A stretch of 42,670 nt of DNA, taken from positions 1-42,670 of the forward strand of contig CANRHJ010000001.1 in assembly GCA_947630355.1 (NCBI GenBank). Direction: 5' to 3'. This document shows positions 18,840-27,524 of this stretch, one piece after another (within the stretch, counting starts at the first letter, position 1; the number at the start of each line of letters is the position of its first letter). The translations under genes were made by a program, and so were the position numbers. Under the pieces are notes generated by a model. The model did no database searches. It had not been told where the DNA came from and was given only the letters and a program-made list of their open reading frames with translations. Source of the DNA: Candidatus Gastranaerophilales bacterium (GTDB taxonomy: Bacteria; Cyanobacteriota; Vampirovibrionia; Gastranaerophilales; Gastranaerophilaceae).

Positions 18840-20228
18840 ATGTCAGATATAAAATTTGGGACAGACGGTTGGAGAGCCGTCTTGGGTAAAGATTTTAATT
18901 ATAAGAATACGGATAAGGTAATTAATGCCGCCGCAACATATATTTACAATGAATTTGGCTTTGATAAACCCATAATAATAGGTTATGATCCCAGAAATAA
19001 AGCGGATGATTTTGCGTTTTATATTGCCCGAAAGTTATCTGAATTTGGTTTTGATGTGGAAATAAGCGAAAAAATTATTGCAACGCCCGTACTTGCATAT
19101 ACGGCTTTGAAAAAATCTGCCTATGCAATAATGCTCACTGCATCACATAATCCTCCCGAGTATCTGGGTATTAAGATTATACCGCCGTACGGAGGGCCGG
19201 CTGACGACAATATTACCAATAAAATCACTCTCTTCCTGAATTCCGATTTTACCGTTAAATCCCCGAATATTAAACCTTTTAAAAAATCTGATTTTGAAGA
19301 TGACTATATAAAACATATTTCAAGTATTATAGACTTTGAAATCATCAAAAAATCCGGATTAAAAATCAATTATGACGGTCATCACGGTGCAGCCGCAAAA
19401 TTGTTTAAATATATTTTGGATATAAACGGAATTGAAAATCATTCAATAAATCTTGAACGCGATATTAATTTCGGAGGGATGATGCCCGATCCTAAAGAAA
19501 AATATCTGCCCGAGCTTAAAAAACTCTGCAAAGAAACCAAGCACACAGGAGTGAGTAATGACGGAGACGGTGACAGATTCGGAGTTTTTAACGAAAACGG
19601 AGAATTTGTAACTCCAAATGAAATTATCGTTTTATTATTAAAACATCTCGTAAAAAATAAAAATTATACGGGGAAGCTTGCAAAGACGGTAGGTGCAAGC
19701 TCTATGCTGGACGTATATGCACAAAAACTTAATATTGAAGTTGTTGAAACGGCTGTAGGGTTTAAATGGCTCGGTGAGGCTATGCGTAATGATGATATTA
19801 TAATTGCCGGAGAAGAATCCGGCGGTTTAAGCATAAAAGGCCACATCCCCGAAAAAGACGGCATTCTTGCAAATTTATTGATTATGGAAATGCTCGCTTA
19901 TTGCGGTAAAACTCTTTTTGAACTTCAATCGGAACTTAGAAAAACACTTAACAGAGTTTTTATTAACGACAGAATTGACTTAACTTTAAGCGCTGATAGT
20001 GAAATTAATTTTATCTTCGAAAAATTTAAAACAATTAATAAAATTAATGAATATAAAATAATAAAGAAAAATACTACCGACGGTTTAAAACTCTATCTTG
20101 AAGACAACGGCACAATATTAATAAGAAAAAGCGGCACTGAGCCGCTGTTAAGAATATACTTTGAAACAGACAAGGAAGAAAAATTAATGTCACTTGAATC
20201 CGCCGTTAAACAATTGTGTTTAAAATAA
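18840..20228 (+). CDS. Phosphoglucomutase/phosphomannomutase family protein (alpha-D-phosphohexomutase)
   Basis: 462 aa. Motifs: KFGTDGWRA, phosphoserine loop TASHNPPEYLGIK, metal loop SNDGDGDRFGV, sugar loop GEESGG, phosphate loop RKSGTEPLLRIY. Confidence 0.9.
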   Translation: MSDIKFGTDGWRAVLGKDFNYKNTDKVINAAATYIYNEFGFDKPIIIGYDPRNKADDFAFYIARKLSEFGFDVEISEKIIATPVLAYTALKKSAYAIMLTASHNPPEYLGIKIIPPYGGPADDNITNKITLFLNSDFTVKSPNIKPFKKSDFEDDYIKHISSIIDFEIIKKSGLKINYDGHHGAAAKLFKYILDINGIENHSINLERDINFGGMMPDPKEKYLPELKKLCKETKHTGVSNDGDGDRFGVFNENGEFVTPNEIIVLLLKHLVKNKNYTGKLAKTVGASSMLDVYAQKLNIEVVETAVGFKWLGEAMRNDDIIIAGEESGGLSIKGHIPEKDGILANLLIMEMLAYCGKTLFELQSELRKTLNRVFINDRIDLTLSADSEINFIFEKFKTINKINEYKIIKKNTTDGLKLYLEDNGTILIRKSGTEPLLRIYFETDKEEKLMSLESAVKQLCLK

Positions 20229-20463
20229 ATATATCCCGATAATTATTTATTTCTTGTTTGCCGGTTATATAGTTTATTTCTTTTACCGTTTTTGAAAAAT
20301 AATTATTTATAATGGTTATATATTCGGCTGTTTGCTGCAGGTTTTTTTGTTCCAATTCTTCAATTGAGCAGGCAAACCCCGTAAAACAACCCGCCATCGC
20401 CGATATTGATGTTATATTCATCATTGTTATTATCATCAAAATTACAGAACTTTTATTTTTCAT
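20206..20463 (-). CDS. Small putative lipoprotein / secreted protein, unknown function
   Basis: Start trimmed to ATG 20463, which is preceded by AAGGAG. The N-terminus MKNKSSVILMIITMMNITSISAMAGC looks like a signal peptide with a lipobox-like MAGC. The 3' end overlaps the convergent phosphohexomutase gene by 23 nt. Confidence 0.45.
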   Translation of the reverse strand: MKNKSSVILMIITMMNITSISAMAGCFTGFACSIEELEQKNLQQTAEYITIINNYFSKTVKEINYITGKQEINNYRDIFILNTIV

Positions 20464-20662
20464 TTTCCACTCCTTCACAAACCAAAATAGTTAACATATC
20501 TATATTGTGATGGATAATGTAACGATTTTCATTCCGCTTTATAATTATTTATTTAATTAGTAAAAAGTTTAATGTAAAATAGCCATGTTTAAACAAGTTA
20601 ATATTTTTTCCGATATTTTCGAAACTATAGCAAAAATATTTTTTTTGAGGAGTTCCATAAAT

Positions 20663-21529
20663 ATGAATTTCCTGTTAGATAAAGAAATACATAATAAAGA
20701 CAAATTTCATAAACCTGATTTTTCAACAAAAGCAGGAAGGGAAATACTTGCGATATATCTTCATTCAAAATTCAAACAAATTATTGATTATGATAAAAAC
20801 AATCCGACCCCTATATTTCAAAGTATTTCACCTGATTTTATATCAAAATTTACGGACAGAATAATTAATAATCCGGAGAAACATTTTCTGATAGGGATAA
20901 GCGGGGAATCGGCAAGCGGGAAAACCACTATATGCAATACAATTAAATCCGCAATCGAAAAATTCAGCATGCCTGTCGAAATTTTAAGTGCCGATAATTA
21001 TTTTAAAGATATATCACAGCTAATAAAGGAGCATGGTTCTTTTGATAATCTGCTGGCATCAGGGTACGATGTTGATTCTCCGAATAATTTTGATATGGAA
21101 CAATTATTTAAAGATTTAGATATGCTTTCAAAGGGTATTGATGTTAAAATTCCTCAATATTTAGTTAACGGTACGGGAATTGTTGTTCCGAATGCCATTT
21201 CTAAAAGAGCCGAAAAAATTATAGTTGTTGAAGGTATGGCTACTATGTACGGCAAAGTTGCCGATTTATTTGATATAAAGCTATATGTTGATATAGCCCC
21301 CGAAATTCAGGAGAAATGGTTCATTAACCGCGCCATGACTTCACGAAATCAAAATGAGGAAAATGCCCGTAAACAATTGGACTACGTACGTAAAGCTTCA
21401 AAAAAATATATACTTCCCAAGAAAAACAACTCCGATATTATTATAAACGGAGCTTCTTCATTAGATTACTTTACTCAAATTATTGAGTTTATATATAAAA
21501 TTACCAATAACTATTATCAGGAAGATTAA
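20663..21529 (+). CDS. Uridine kinase / phosphoribulokinase-family P-loop kinase
   Basis: Start trimmed to ATG 20663 (GAGGAG upstream). Walker A GISGESASGKTTICN; the later VVEGMATMY...KLYVD pattern is typical of the Udk/PRK family. The ~85-aa N-terminal extension has no match I recognise. Confidence 0.7.
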   Translation: MNFLLDKEIHNKDKFHKPDFSTKAGREILAIYLHSKFKQIIDYDKNNPTPIFQSISPDFISKFTDRIINNPEKHFLIGISGESASGKTTICNTIKSAIEKFSMPVEILSADNYFKDISQLIKEHGSFDNLLASGYDVDSPNNFDMEQLFKDLDMLSKGIDVKIPQYLVNGTGIVVPNAISKRAEKIIVVEGMATMYGKVADLFDIKLYVDIAPEIQEKWFINRAMTSRNQNEENARKQLDYVRKASKKYILPKKNNSDIIINGASSLDYFTQIIEFIYKITNNYYQED

Positions 21530-21574
21530 AACTTTAAATTTGTCCGAGAAATTTATAACGGGAATTTTAACAGG

Positions 21575-21871
21575 CTAAATAGCTTTAGGTTCTTTTTTCG
21601 GAGCAATTTTATTAGCCAGAAAAGTAGTCCCCAATGATACCATACCTGCCAAAGCGCTTACAAGAGCCAAACCTTGAATATACTTAAATATATATTTATT
21701 CTTTCCGCCGTTTTTTAATATTACTTTTTTCATATCTTCCGGTGTTTTTATGTATGAATATGCAGTACATAAGCCCAAAGAGGCAGAAGAAGCAACAGCT
21801 CCTTTTACAAGTGCCTTTTTATACATCTTACGTTCGGTATTAGGTTGATTATTTACTGCGTATACTTTCAT
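21575..21871 (-). CDS. Small membrane protein, distant member of the GGNK[FY]I family (paralog C)
   Basis: Start trimmed to ATG 21871 (RBS GGAAG). 98 aa. MKVYAVNNQPN parallels MKLQAINQTNN of paralog B. A hydrophobic helix is followed by KNGGKNKYIFKYI, then a second helix. Confidence 0.6.
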   Translation of the reverse strand: MKVYAVNNQPNTERKMYKKALVKGAVASSASLGLCTAYSYIKTPEDMKKVILKNGGKNKYIFKYIQGLALVSALAGMVSLGTTFLANKIAPKKEPKAI

Positions 21872-22046
21872 CTTACTTCCAATCCGTAACAGTTCTGATT
21901 TAATTCTCAATCGGTTAACACATGCAAGTCCCTAAATCCTTTTTTGCTGCCGTGTTTCGCTTAATACCACTTTCACGAACCTTTTGAAGATTTTCTCGGA
22001 ACTATATATATAAAACATCAAAATATTTTTTTTGTCATTTAATTTT

Positions 22047-22952
22047 TTATTCTTTATATTTCTTAATTATTATATCTTTTATTTGTTCCTTAGAATATTG
22101 TTTTATATCAAACCAATTCATATCCTGATTTGCTTTAAACCAGCTGATTTGACGTTTTGCATATCTTCTTGTATTCTGTTTTATCATCCTTACGGACTCT
22201 TCCAATGTATTTTCGCCTTTTATATACGGATATAATTCCTGATAACCGATTGTATTGAGCAAAATATTATTCTCTCCGTACTTGTTAAATAAGGTTTCAG
22301 CTTCTTTTACCAAGCCTTTTTCAATCATTATATCGACTCTTGAATTTATTCTTTGATAAATAAAATCTCTGTCCTCAGAATTCAAACCTGCCCACAATAT
22401 TTCATAATCTGAAGTTTTCTTCTTTTGTACACTGCTCATGGGCTTTCCTGTTTTAATACATACTTCAAGTGCTCTTATTATTTTTACTTTATTATTGTAA
22501 TGAATTTTTTCTGCGGATATTTTATCGTATTTTTCAAGCATAGCATACAAATTTGAAGAACTCTTTTTCTCCAGTTCTGCCCGAAGCTCTCTGTCGGGAG
22601 GAACTCTCGGCAAATCAAAATCCTGAAGCATAACTCGGTAATATAATCCCGTCCCCCCAGCCAAAATCGGCACCTTACCTTCGGATAATATCTTCTCTAT
22701 TATTGGTTTTGCTTCATCGGAATATTCAGCAGCACTATATTGTTCCGTTACTTCCGTTATATCCGTCATATAATGTGCAATCCCTTGTCTTTCTTCCATT
22801 GAAGGTTTTGCACTGCCTATATCAAGACCTTTGTATATCTGTCTTGAATCTACCGATATTATCTCTCCGTTTAATTCCTTCGCTAACTCTATTGATAAAT
22901 CGGTTTTACCCGATGCACTCGGTCCCGCTATCGCTATTATTTGTCTTTTCAT
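22047..22952 (-). CDS. miaA: tRNA dimethylallyltransferase
   Basis: 301 aa. Motifs: IIAIAGPSASGKTDLSIELA, ISVDSRQIYKGLDIGSAKP, GGTGLYY, YAKRQISWF. Confidence 0.95.
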   Translation of the reverse strand: MKRQIIAIAGPSASGKTDLSIELAKELNGEIISVDSRQIYKGLDIGSAKPSMEERQGIAHYMTDITEVTEQYSAAEYSDEAKPIIEKILSEGKVPILAGGTGLYYRVMLQDFDLPRVPPDRELRAELEKKSSSNLYAMLEKYDKISAEKIHYNNKVKIIRALEVCIKTGKPMSSVQKKKTSDYEILWAGLNSEDRDFIYQRINSRVDIMIEKGLVKEAETLFNKYGENNILLNTIGYQELYPYIKGENTLEESVRMIKQNTRRYAKRQISWFKANQDMNWFDIKQYSKEQIKDIIIKKYKE

Positions 22953-23850
22953 CGTAGAAACATAATACCAGAAGAACGTAATAATTTAAATATAAAGTAA
23001 ACAATATGATGATTAATATATAAGATATCGAATTTACCCCAAACAATAAAGAACTCATATTTATTAACATATATATTCCGAGCAGTACGGCTATCACTTT
23101 TACACACCCGGCTATTTGGGTTATAAAAAACTTTATTGTATACCATATTGATGTTAGGGCATTATTTTTATCGTAAGATAAAACACTAAAATATAAAACT
23201 CCGAGAAAATTCACAATAACGGAATAAACCGTTAAAATTAACATCCATTTAATAAACACCAATTTATCAGTGTCGGGAACGGAATTAAGATAATTCATTA
23301 TTTCATTCTGATAATTTTCGCCGGATAAACTCATTATGTGTTTTAATACTTCCGGAATACCGAAATTATTTATACAAAATTTTGAAATTAACATCACTGA
23401 AGCAATATATAATCCCGTAAAAATTACAACGGCAAGTAAATAATTTAAAAATTTTACGCCTACTCCCGTAAAAAACTGTTTGAAATTTTTTATTGATTTT
23501 TCAACCGTAATTTCTTTTTCTTCATCTTGTTTATAATCTTGAACCGCCAGTCTGTTTATGTAAAACCAACCGGACAAAAAAGCAGCCGTTAACAATAATG
23601 CGGATATCGCTATTAAACCTTTTTGAAAAATTACTATATTCTTGTTTACGATATATACAAAAGAAGATGAAATCATTAATATATACAGCAATAACGGCTG
23701 TATAAACAATAAATTTAATTTTAATACCTGAAAAGCTTTCTTAAACATAACACCTTCAATTATACCATTATTATTAAAAATTAATATATACCTTGTACGG
23801 GGAAATTTTGCCGTAAAAACTTGAACAAAATTTTTCAGCGGCTGCTTCAT
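22906..23850 (-). CDS. Polytopic membrane protein, unknown function
   Basis: Six or more hydrophobic helices. The likelier start is ATG 23748 (MFKKAFQVL...), preceded by GAAGGTG. The 3' end overlaps the miaA start by 47 nt on the same strand. Confidence 0.6.
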   Translation of the reverse strand: MKQPLKNFVQVFTAKFPRTRYILIFNNNGIIEGVMFKKAFQVLKLNLLFIQPLLLYILMISSSFVYIVNKNIVIFQKGLIAISALLLTAAFLSGWFYINRLAVQDYKQDEEKEITVEKSIKNFKQFFTGVGVKFLNYLLAVVIFTGLYIASVMLISKFCINNFGIPEVLKHIMSLSGENYQNEIMNYLNSVPDTDKLVFIKWMLILTVYSVIVNFLGVLYFSVLSYDKNNALTSIWYTIKFFITQIAGCVKVIAVLLGIYMLINMSSLLFGVNSISYILIIILFTLYLNYYVLLVLCFYDEKTNNSDSGTECIG

Positions 23851-24003
23851 ATATAGGATAGTGCAAAATCAAAAATCAAGACAAGCATATAAAAAAGCAG
23901 CACAATAAAGTGTAAACCTGACTTAAACAAGCGTTTTACAATACTGGATTAATTAATTTGTTTTTGTTAAAATATCTTTTAAAGAGAGAAACGGGATAAG
24001 TTA

Positions 24004-25368
24004 ATGAAAGAAAGAATTCTACTTTTAGCAATAATAACTTCATTATTAGTTTTATTATATTTCTTTCAAAATCATATGAATACACCATGCGCATTTATGA
24101 CAATATTAATTTTTATGTCAATTTATACCGCATACATGCAAATAGCGTTTAAACATAGAGTAAGAAAACAAAGAAAACATCCCGTAGAAAAAAACTATGA
24201 TTACACACCCTATGTCAGCATTTTAATTCCCGCACATAATGAAGAAAACGTTATAGAAAACACTATAGCTAATATTTCGCAAATACAATATCCTCATTAC
24301 GAAATAATAGTCATAGATGACAGAAGCACGGATTCTACACTGAAAGTATTGGAGAATATAAGTAACAAATATAATATAAAATACTTTTCAAGAACCAAAG
24401 AAGCATTTCCCGGCAAATCGGCAGTATTGAATGATGCATTAAAAATAGCACGCGGCGAAGCTATTTTGGTTTTTGATGCAGATGCAAGGGTAAAACCGGA
24501 TTTTTTGAAAGAATTAATTCCGTTACTTGAACCTCAGCAGGTAGGTGCGGTTCAAGCCAGAAAAGTTATTATTAACAGAGAACAAAATTTATTAACGAGA
24601 TGCCAAGATAACGAAATGGCTGTAGATACACACTTTCAAGTCGGCAGGGATTCCGTTAAAGGTGCGGTTGAACTGCGCGGTAACGGTGAACTTATTAAAC
24701 GTGCCGCTTTAGAAGATGTTGGCGGATGGAACATTTATACCGTCACTGATGATTTGGATTTATCAACCAGAATGCAGATAAAGGGCTGGGACGTTAGATT
24801 TTGCGCTGATGTTTGCGTATGGGAAGAAGGAGTCCCTTCATATATTCCGCTTTTAAAGCAACGCAGACGCTGGATTGAAGGAAGTATCAGAAGATATCTT
24901 GAACATTTCTATGATGTTCTTATCTCTAAAGACATGTCTTTAAGAGTCAGCCTTGATATGACCGCTTATATCACCGAATTTATTTTGCCCGTTTGGATGG
25001 TATCCGAAATGATTATTCAATCCTACAGATTTATTAAAGATGACTCCAACTGGATTTTATCATCAATGGCACTATCTACACTTATGTGCGGTTTCTTTAT
25101 TGTTGCTCTGTTTTACAGTTTAAGGAAATATGTTAAATTAAAACCCGTTGATAACTTAGTCCAATCAATCACAACATCTTTATACATGATTATTTTATGG
25201 TTCCCGTTGGCCATTTTCATTATATTTAAAATAATTTTTATGAAAAATAATTTGGCTTGGGATAAAACAAGTCACGGCTCCGTCGGACAATATTCAAAAA
25301 TTAATTCCGATGAATTAAAAGATGAAACAAAAAATAAAAATGAAACCGATACATTAATTAACGTTTAA
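24004..25368 (+). CDS. Membrane-embedded processive family-2 glycosyltransferase (polysaccharide-synthase-like)
   Basis: 454 aa. GT2 motifs SILIPAHNEE, IIVIDDRSTD, VFDADA, TVTDDLDLS and QRRRW (Q(R/Q)xRW, the processive beta-glycan synthase signature). N- and C-terminal TM helices. Confidence 0.85.
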   Translation: MKERILLLAIITSLLVLLYFFQNHMNTPCAFMTILIFMSIYTAYMQIAFKHRVRKQRKHPVEKNYDYTPYVSILIPAHNEENVIENTIANISQIQYPHYEIIVIDDRSTDSTLKVLENISNKYNIKYFSRTKEAFPGKSAVLNDALKIARGEAILVFDADARVKPDFLKELIPLLEPQQVGAVQARKVIINREQNLLTRCQDNEMAVDTHFQVGRDSVKGAVELRGNGELIKRAALEDVGGWNIYTVTDDLDLSTRMQIKGWDVRFCADVCVWEEGVPSYIPLLKQRRRWIEGSIRRYLEHFYDVLISKDMSLRVSLDMTAYITEFILPVWMVSEMIIQSYRFIKDDSNWILSSMALSTLMCGFFIVALFYSLRKYVKLKPVDNLVQSITTSLYMIILWFPLAIFIIFKIIFMKNNLAWDKTSHGSVGQYSKINSDELKDETKNKNETDTLINV

Positions 25369-25386
25369 GAAGGGAGAAAATATAAA

Positions 25387-26487
25387 GTGGATTTTACAAC
25401 ATTAACAGTGGAATTATTAAAAGGATTAAATAATATAACAGGCAGTTACGGACTTGCCATAATAGCATTAACAATAATTGTAAGAGGATGTTTATGGCCT
25501 TTAGGTGTATCGCAGCAGCGTTCAATGCGTGCCATGCAAGTTTTACAGCCTAAAATGAAGCAAATACAAGAAAGATATAAAAATGATCCCCAAACAATGC
25601 AGCGAAAATTAATGGAATTTTATAAAGAAAATAAATTCAATCCGATGGCGGGATGTCTTCCTTTATTAATTCAAATGCCCATATTTATTATGTTATATGC
25701 CGCTCTGATAAGTCCTCAATTTATACAGGAAGCCGGTAATTCCAAATTCCTGTTTATAGACAGATTGGATAAAACTCTGCGAGGCAGTGCTGGTAATTCT
25801 TATGACGGTTACTTTAGTGTATCGGGCGGTGACAGATTTGTTATTTATAAAAACGTTAAAATTACCATAGGTGATGAAGTTCTGGAAAAAAATAACATTA
25901 TTAAGAAAAATGCGGTTGAAGTTCAAGGTAATGTTACTCCGGGAGAATCCGTTGACCTTAAAATCAGTTTAAATGATATCAATTTAAAATTTGACGAACT
26001 TGCCAATATAACGGGTGCTGAAGTTGATATTCAGAATATGAAGACAAGAGAAGTGGAAAATGTTAAGTTTGAACGCCGTGATAATATCTTGGCTGCTTCT
26101 ATGCCTACAAACACGCCCAAAAGTGAATTTAATACAGATGTGTTAATATTAATACTTTTATTTGCAGGCTCAATGATATTCACACAAAAAATTATGATGG
26201 CGCAAAATAAAAATGTATCGCAAGATCCTATGCAGGCACAAATGCAAAAGATGATGGGAACAATGATGCCTGTTATGATTATTTTTATGTTCATTATAGC
26301 TCCCATTCCCGCAGGTGTTTTGTTGTATCTTGTTGTCAGCAATATTATACAAATCATACAAACTGTTGTTATTAACAAACAAATGGAAGCTGAAGATAAT
26401 CATAAAAATCTTTCGGGGGATAAAGATATATCAACATTAAAAACGGTTAAACCTATTGAAACTAAAACCATAGAAGAAAAAAAATAA
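25387..26487 (+). CDS. yidC: Membrane protein insertase YidC (short form) carrying a ~120-aa insertion in the loop after TM2
   Basis: 366 aa, GTG start with AAGGGAG upstream. Motifs: YGLAIIALTIIVRGCLWPL, QPKMKQIQERYKNDPQ, NPMAGCLPLLIQMPIF, C-terminal PAGVLLYLVVSNIIQIIQ. Residues about 128-250 (DNA about 25768-26136) have no counterpart in the short YidC/SpoIIIJ proteins I know. Confidence 0.9.
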   Translation: MDFTTLTVELLKGLNNITGSYGLAIIALTIIVRGCLWPLGVSQQRSMRAMQVLQPKMKQIQERYKNDPQTMQRKLMEFYKENKFNPMAGCLPLLIQMPIFIMLYAALISPQFIQEAGNSKFLFIDRLDKTLRGSAGNSYDGYFSVSGGDRFVIYKNVKITIGDEVLEKNNIIKKNAVEVQGNVTPGESVDLKISLNDINLKFDELANITGAEVDIQNMKTREVENVKFERRDNILAASMPTNTPKSEFNTDVLILILLFAGSMIFTQKIMMAQNKNVSQDPMQAQMQKMMGTMMPVMIIFMFIIAPIPAGVLLYLVVSNIIQIIQTVVINKQMEAEDNHKNLSGDKDISTLKTVKPIETKTIEEKK

Positions 26488-27524
26488 TGCAGCTTAGTGA
26501 ATTTGATTATGATTTACCGGAAAGTTTAATAGCGCAAACACCCGCGCAAAAACGTGAATTATCCAGAATGCTTGTCTTGGACAGAAAATCACAATCCGTT
26601 CTTCATAAACATTTTTACGATATAACCGACTTTTTAAATGAAAATGATTTGCTCGTCTTAAATAATACGAAAGTTATACCGGCAAGACTTTACGCAAAAA
26701 AGGATACCGGCGCACTTATCGAAATATTTCTTGTAAGGGAATACGAAAAAAATAAATGGATTACTCTTATAAAACCATCCAAACGAGTTAAAGATGGTAT
26801 GGTTTTAAGTATTTCGGATGAACTGTCCGTTAAAATTCTTAATAAATCTGATGATAAATGGTGCGTGGAGTTATTGTATGACGGAAATATTTTTGAAATC
26901 CTTGATAAAATCGGACATATTCCGCTTCCGCCGTATATTGAAAGAAATATGACAGATGAACAATATAAAGCACTTGATTTTGACAGATATCAAACGGTTT
27001 ATGCACAAAAACCCGGAGCCGTAGCTGCTCCGACAGCGGGACTGCATTTTACCGATGAAATTCTTAAAAAGCTTGAAAATAAAGGGGTACAACACTGTTT
27101 TATTACCCTTAATGTCGGTTTGGGAACTTTTAAACCTGTTAAATGCGATAATATACTTGAGCATAAAATGGATTCCGAGCAGTTTGAAATTTCCGAAAAA
27201 TCTGCCGAAATTATTAATAATGCCGTAAAAAACGGCAAAAAAATCACTGCCGTCGGTACCACATCCGTAAGAACGCTTGAAACCGTCATGAACAAATACG
27301 GTGAAATTCTTCCAGTAAAAGATTCAAGTGAATTATTCATTTATCCCGGTTATAAATTTAAAATCACAGATAAACTTATAACCAATTTTCATCTGCCCAA
27401 ATCTACTCTTATTATGCTCGTAAGTGCTTTTGCGGGAAAAGAATTTATCTTTAAAGCCTATCATGAAGCCATACGAAACAAATACAGATTTTACAGTTAC
27501 GGTGATTGTATGTTTATAAGGTAA
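26487..27524 (+). CDS. queA: S-adenosylmethionine:tRNA ribosyltransferase-isomerase
   Basis: 345 aa. Motifs: FDYDLPESLIAQTPA, GHIPLPPYI, YQTVYA...GAVAAPTAGLHFT, VGTTSVRTLE, HLPKSTLIMLVSAF. Confidence 0.95.
   Translation: MQLSEFDYDLPESLIAQTPAQKRELSRMLVLDRKSQSVLHKHFYDITDFLNENDLLVLNNTKVIPARLYAKKDTGALIEIFLVREYEKNKWITLIKPSKRVKDGMVLSISDELSVKILNKSDDKWCVELLYDGNIFEILDKIGHIPLPPYIERNMTDEQYKALDFDRYQTVYAQKPGAVAAPTAGLHFTDEILKKLENKGVQHCFITLNVGLGTFKPVKCDNILEHKMDSEQFEISEKSAEIINNAVKNGKKITAVGTTSVRTLETVMNKYGEILPVKDSSELFIYPGYKFKITDKLITNFHLPKSTLIMLVSAFAGKEFIFKAYHEAIRNKYRFYSYGDCMFIR

Noticed and set aside
21911-21960. 16S rRNA gene or gene fragment suggested by TAACACATGCAAGTC
   Set aside because: Identity to 16S stops after 15 nt on both sides. 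No other rRNA signature (for example GGCGGACGGGTGAGTAA in order) follows. It is kept only as a curiosity in the findings.
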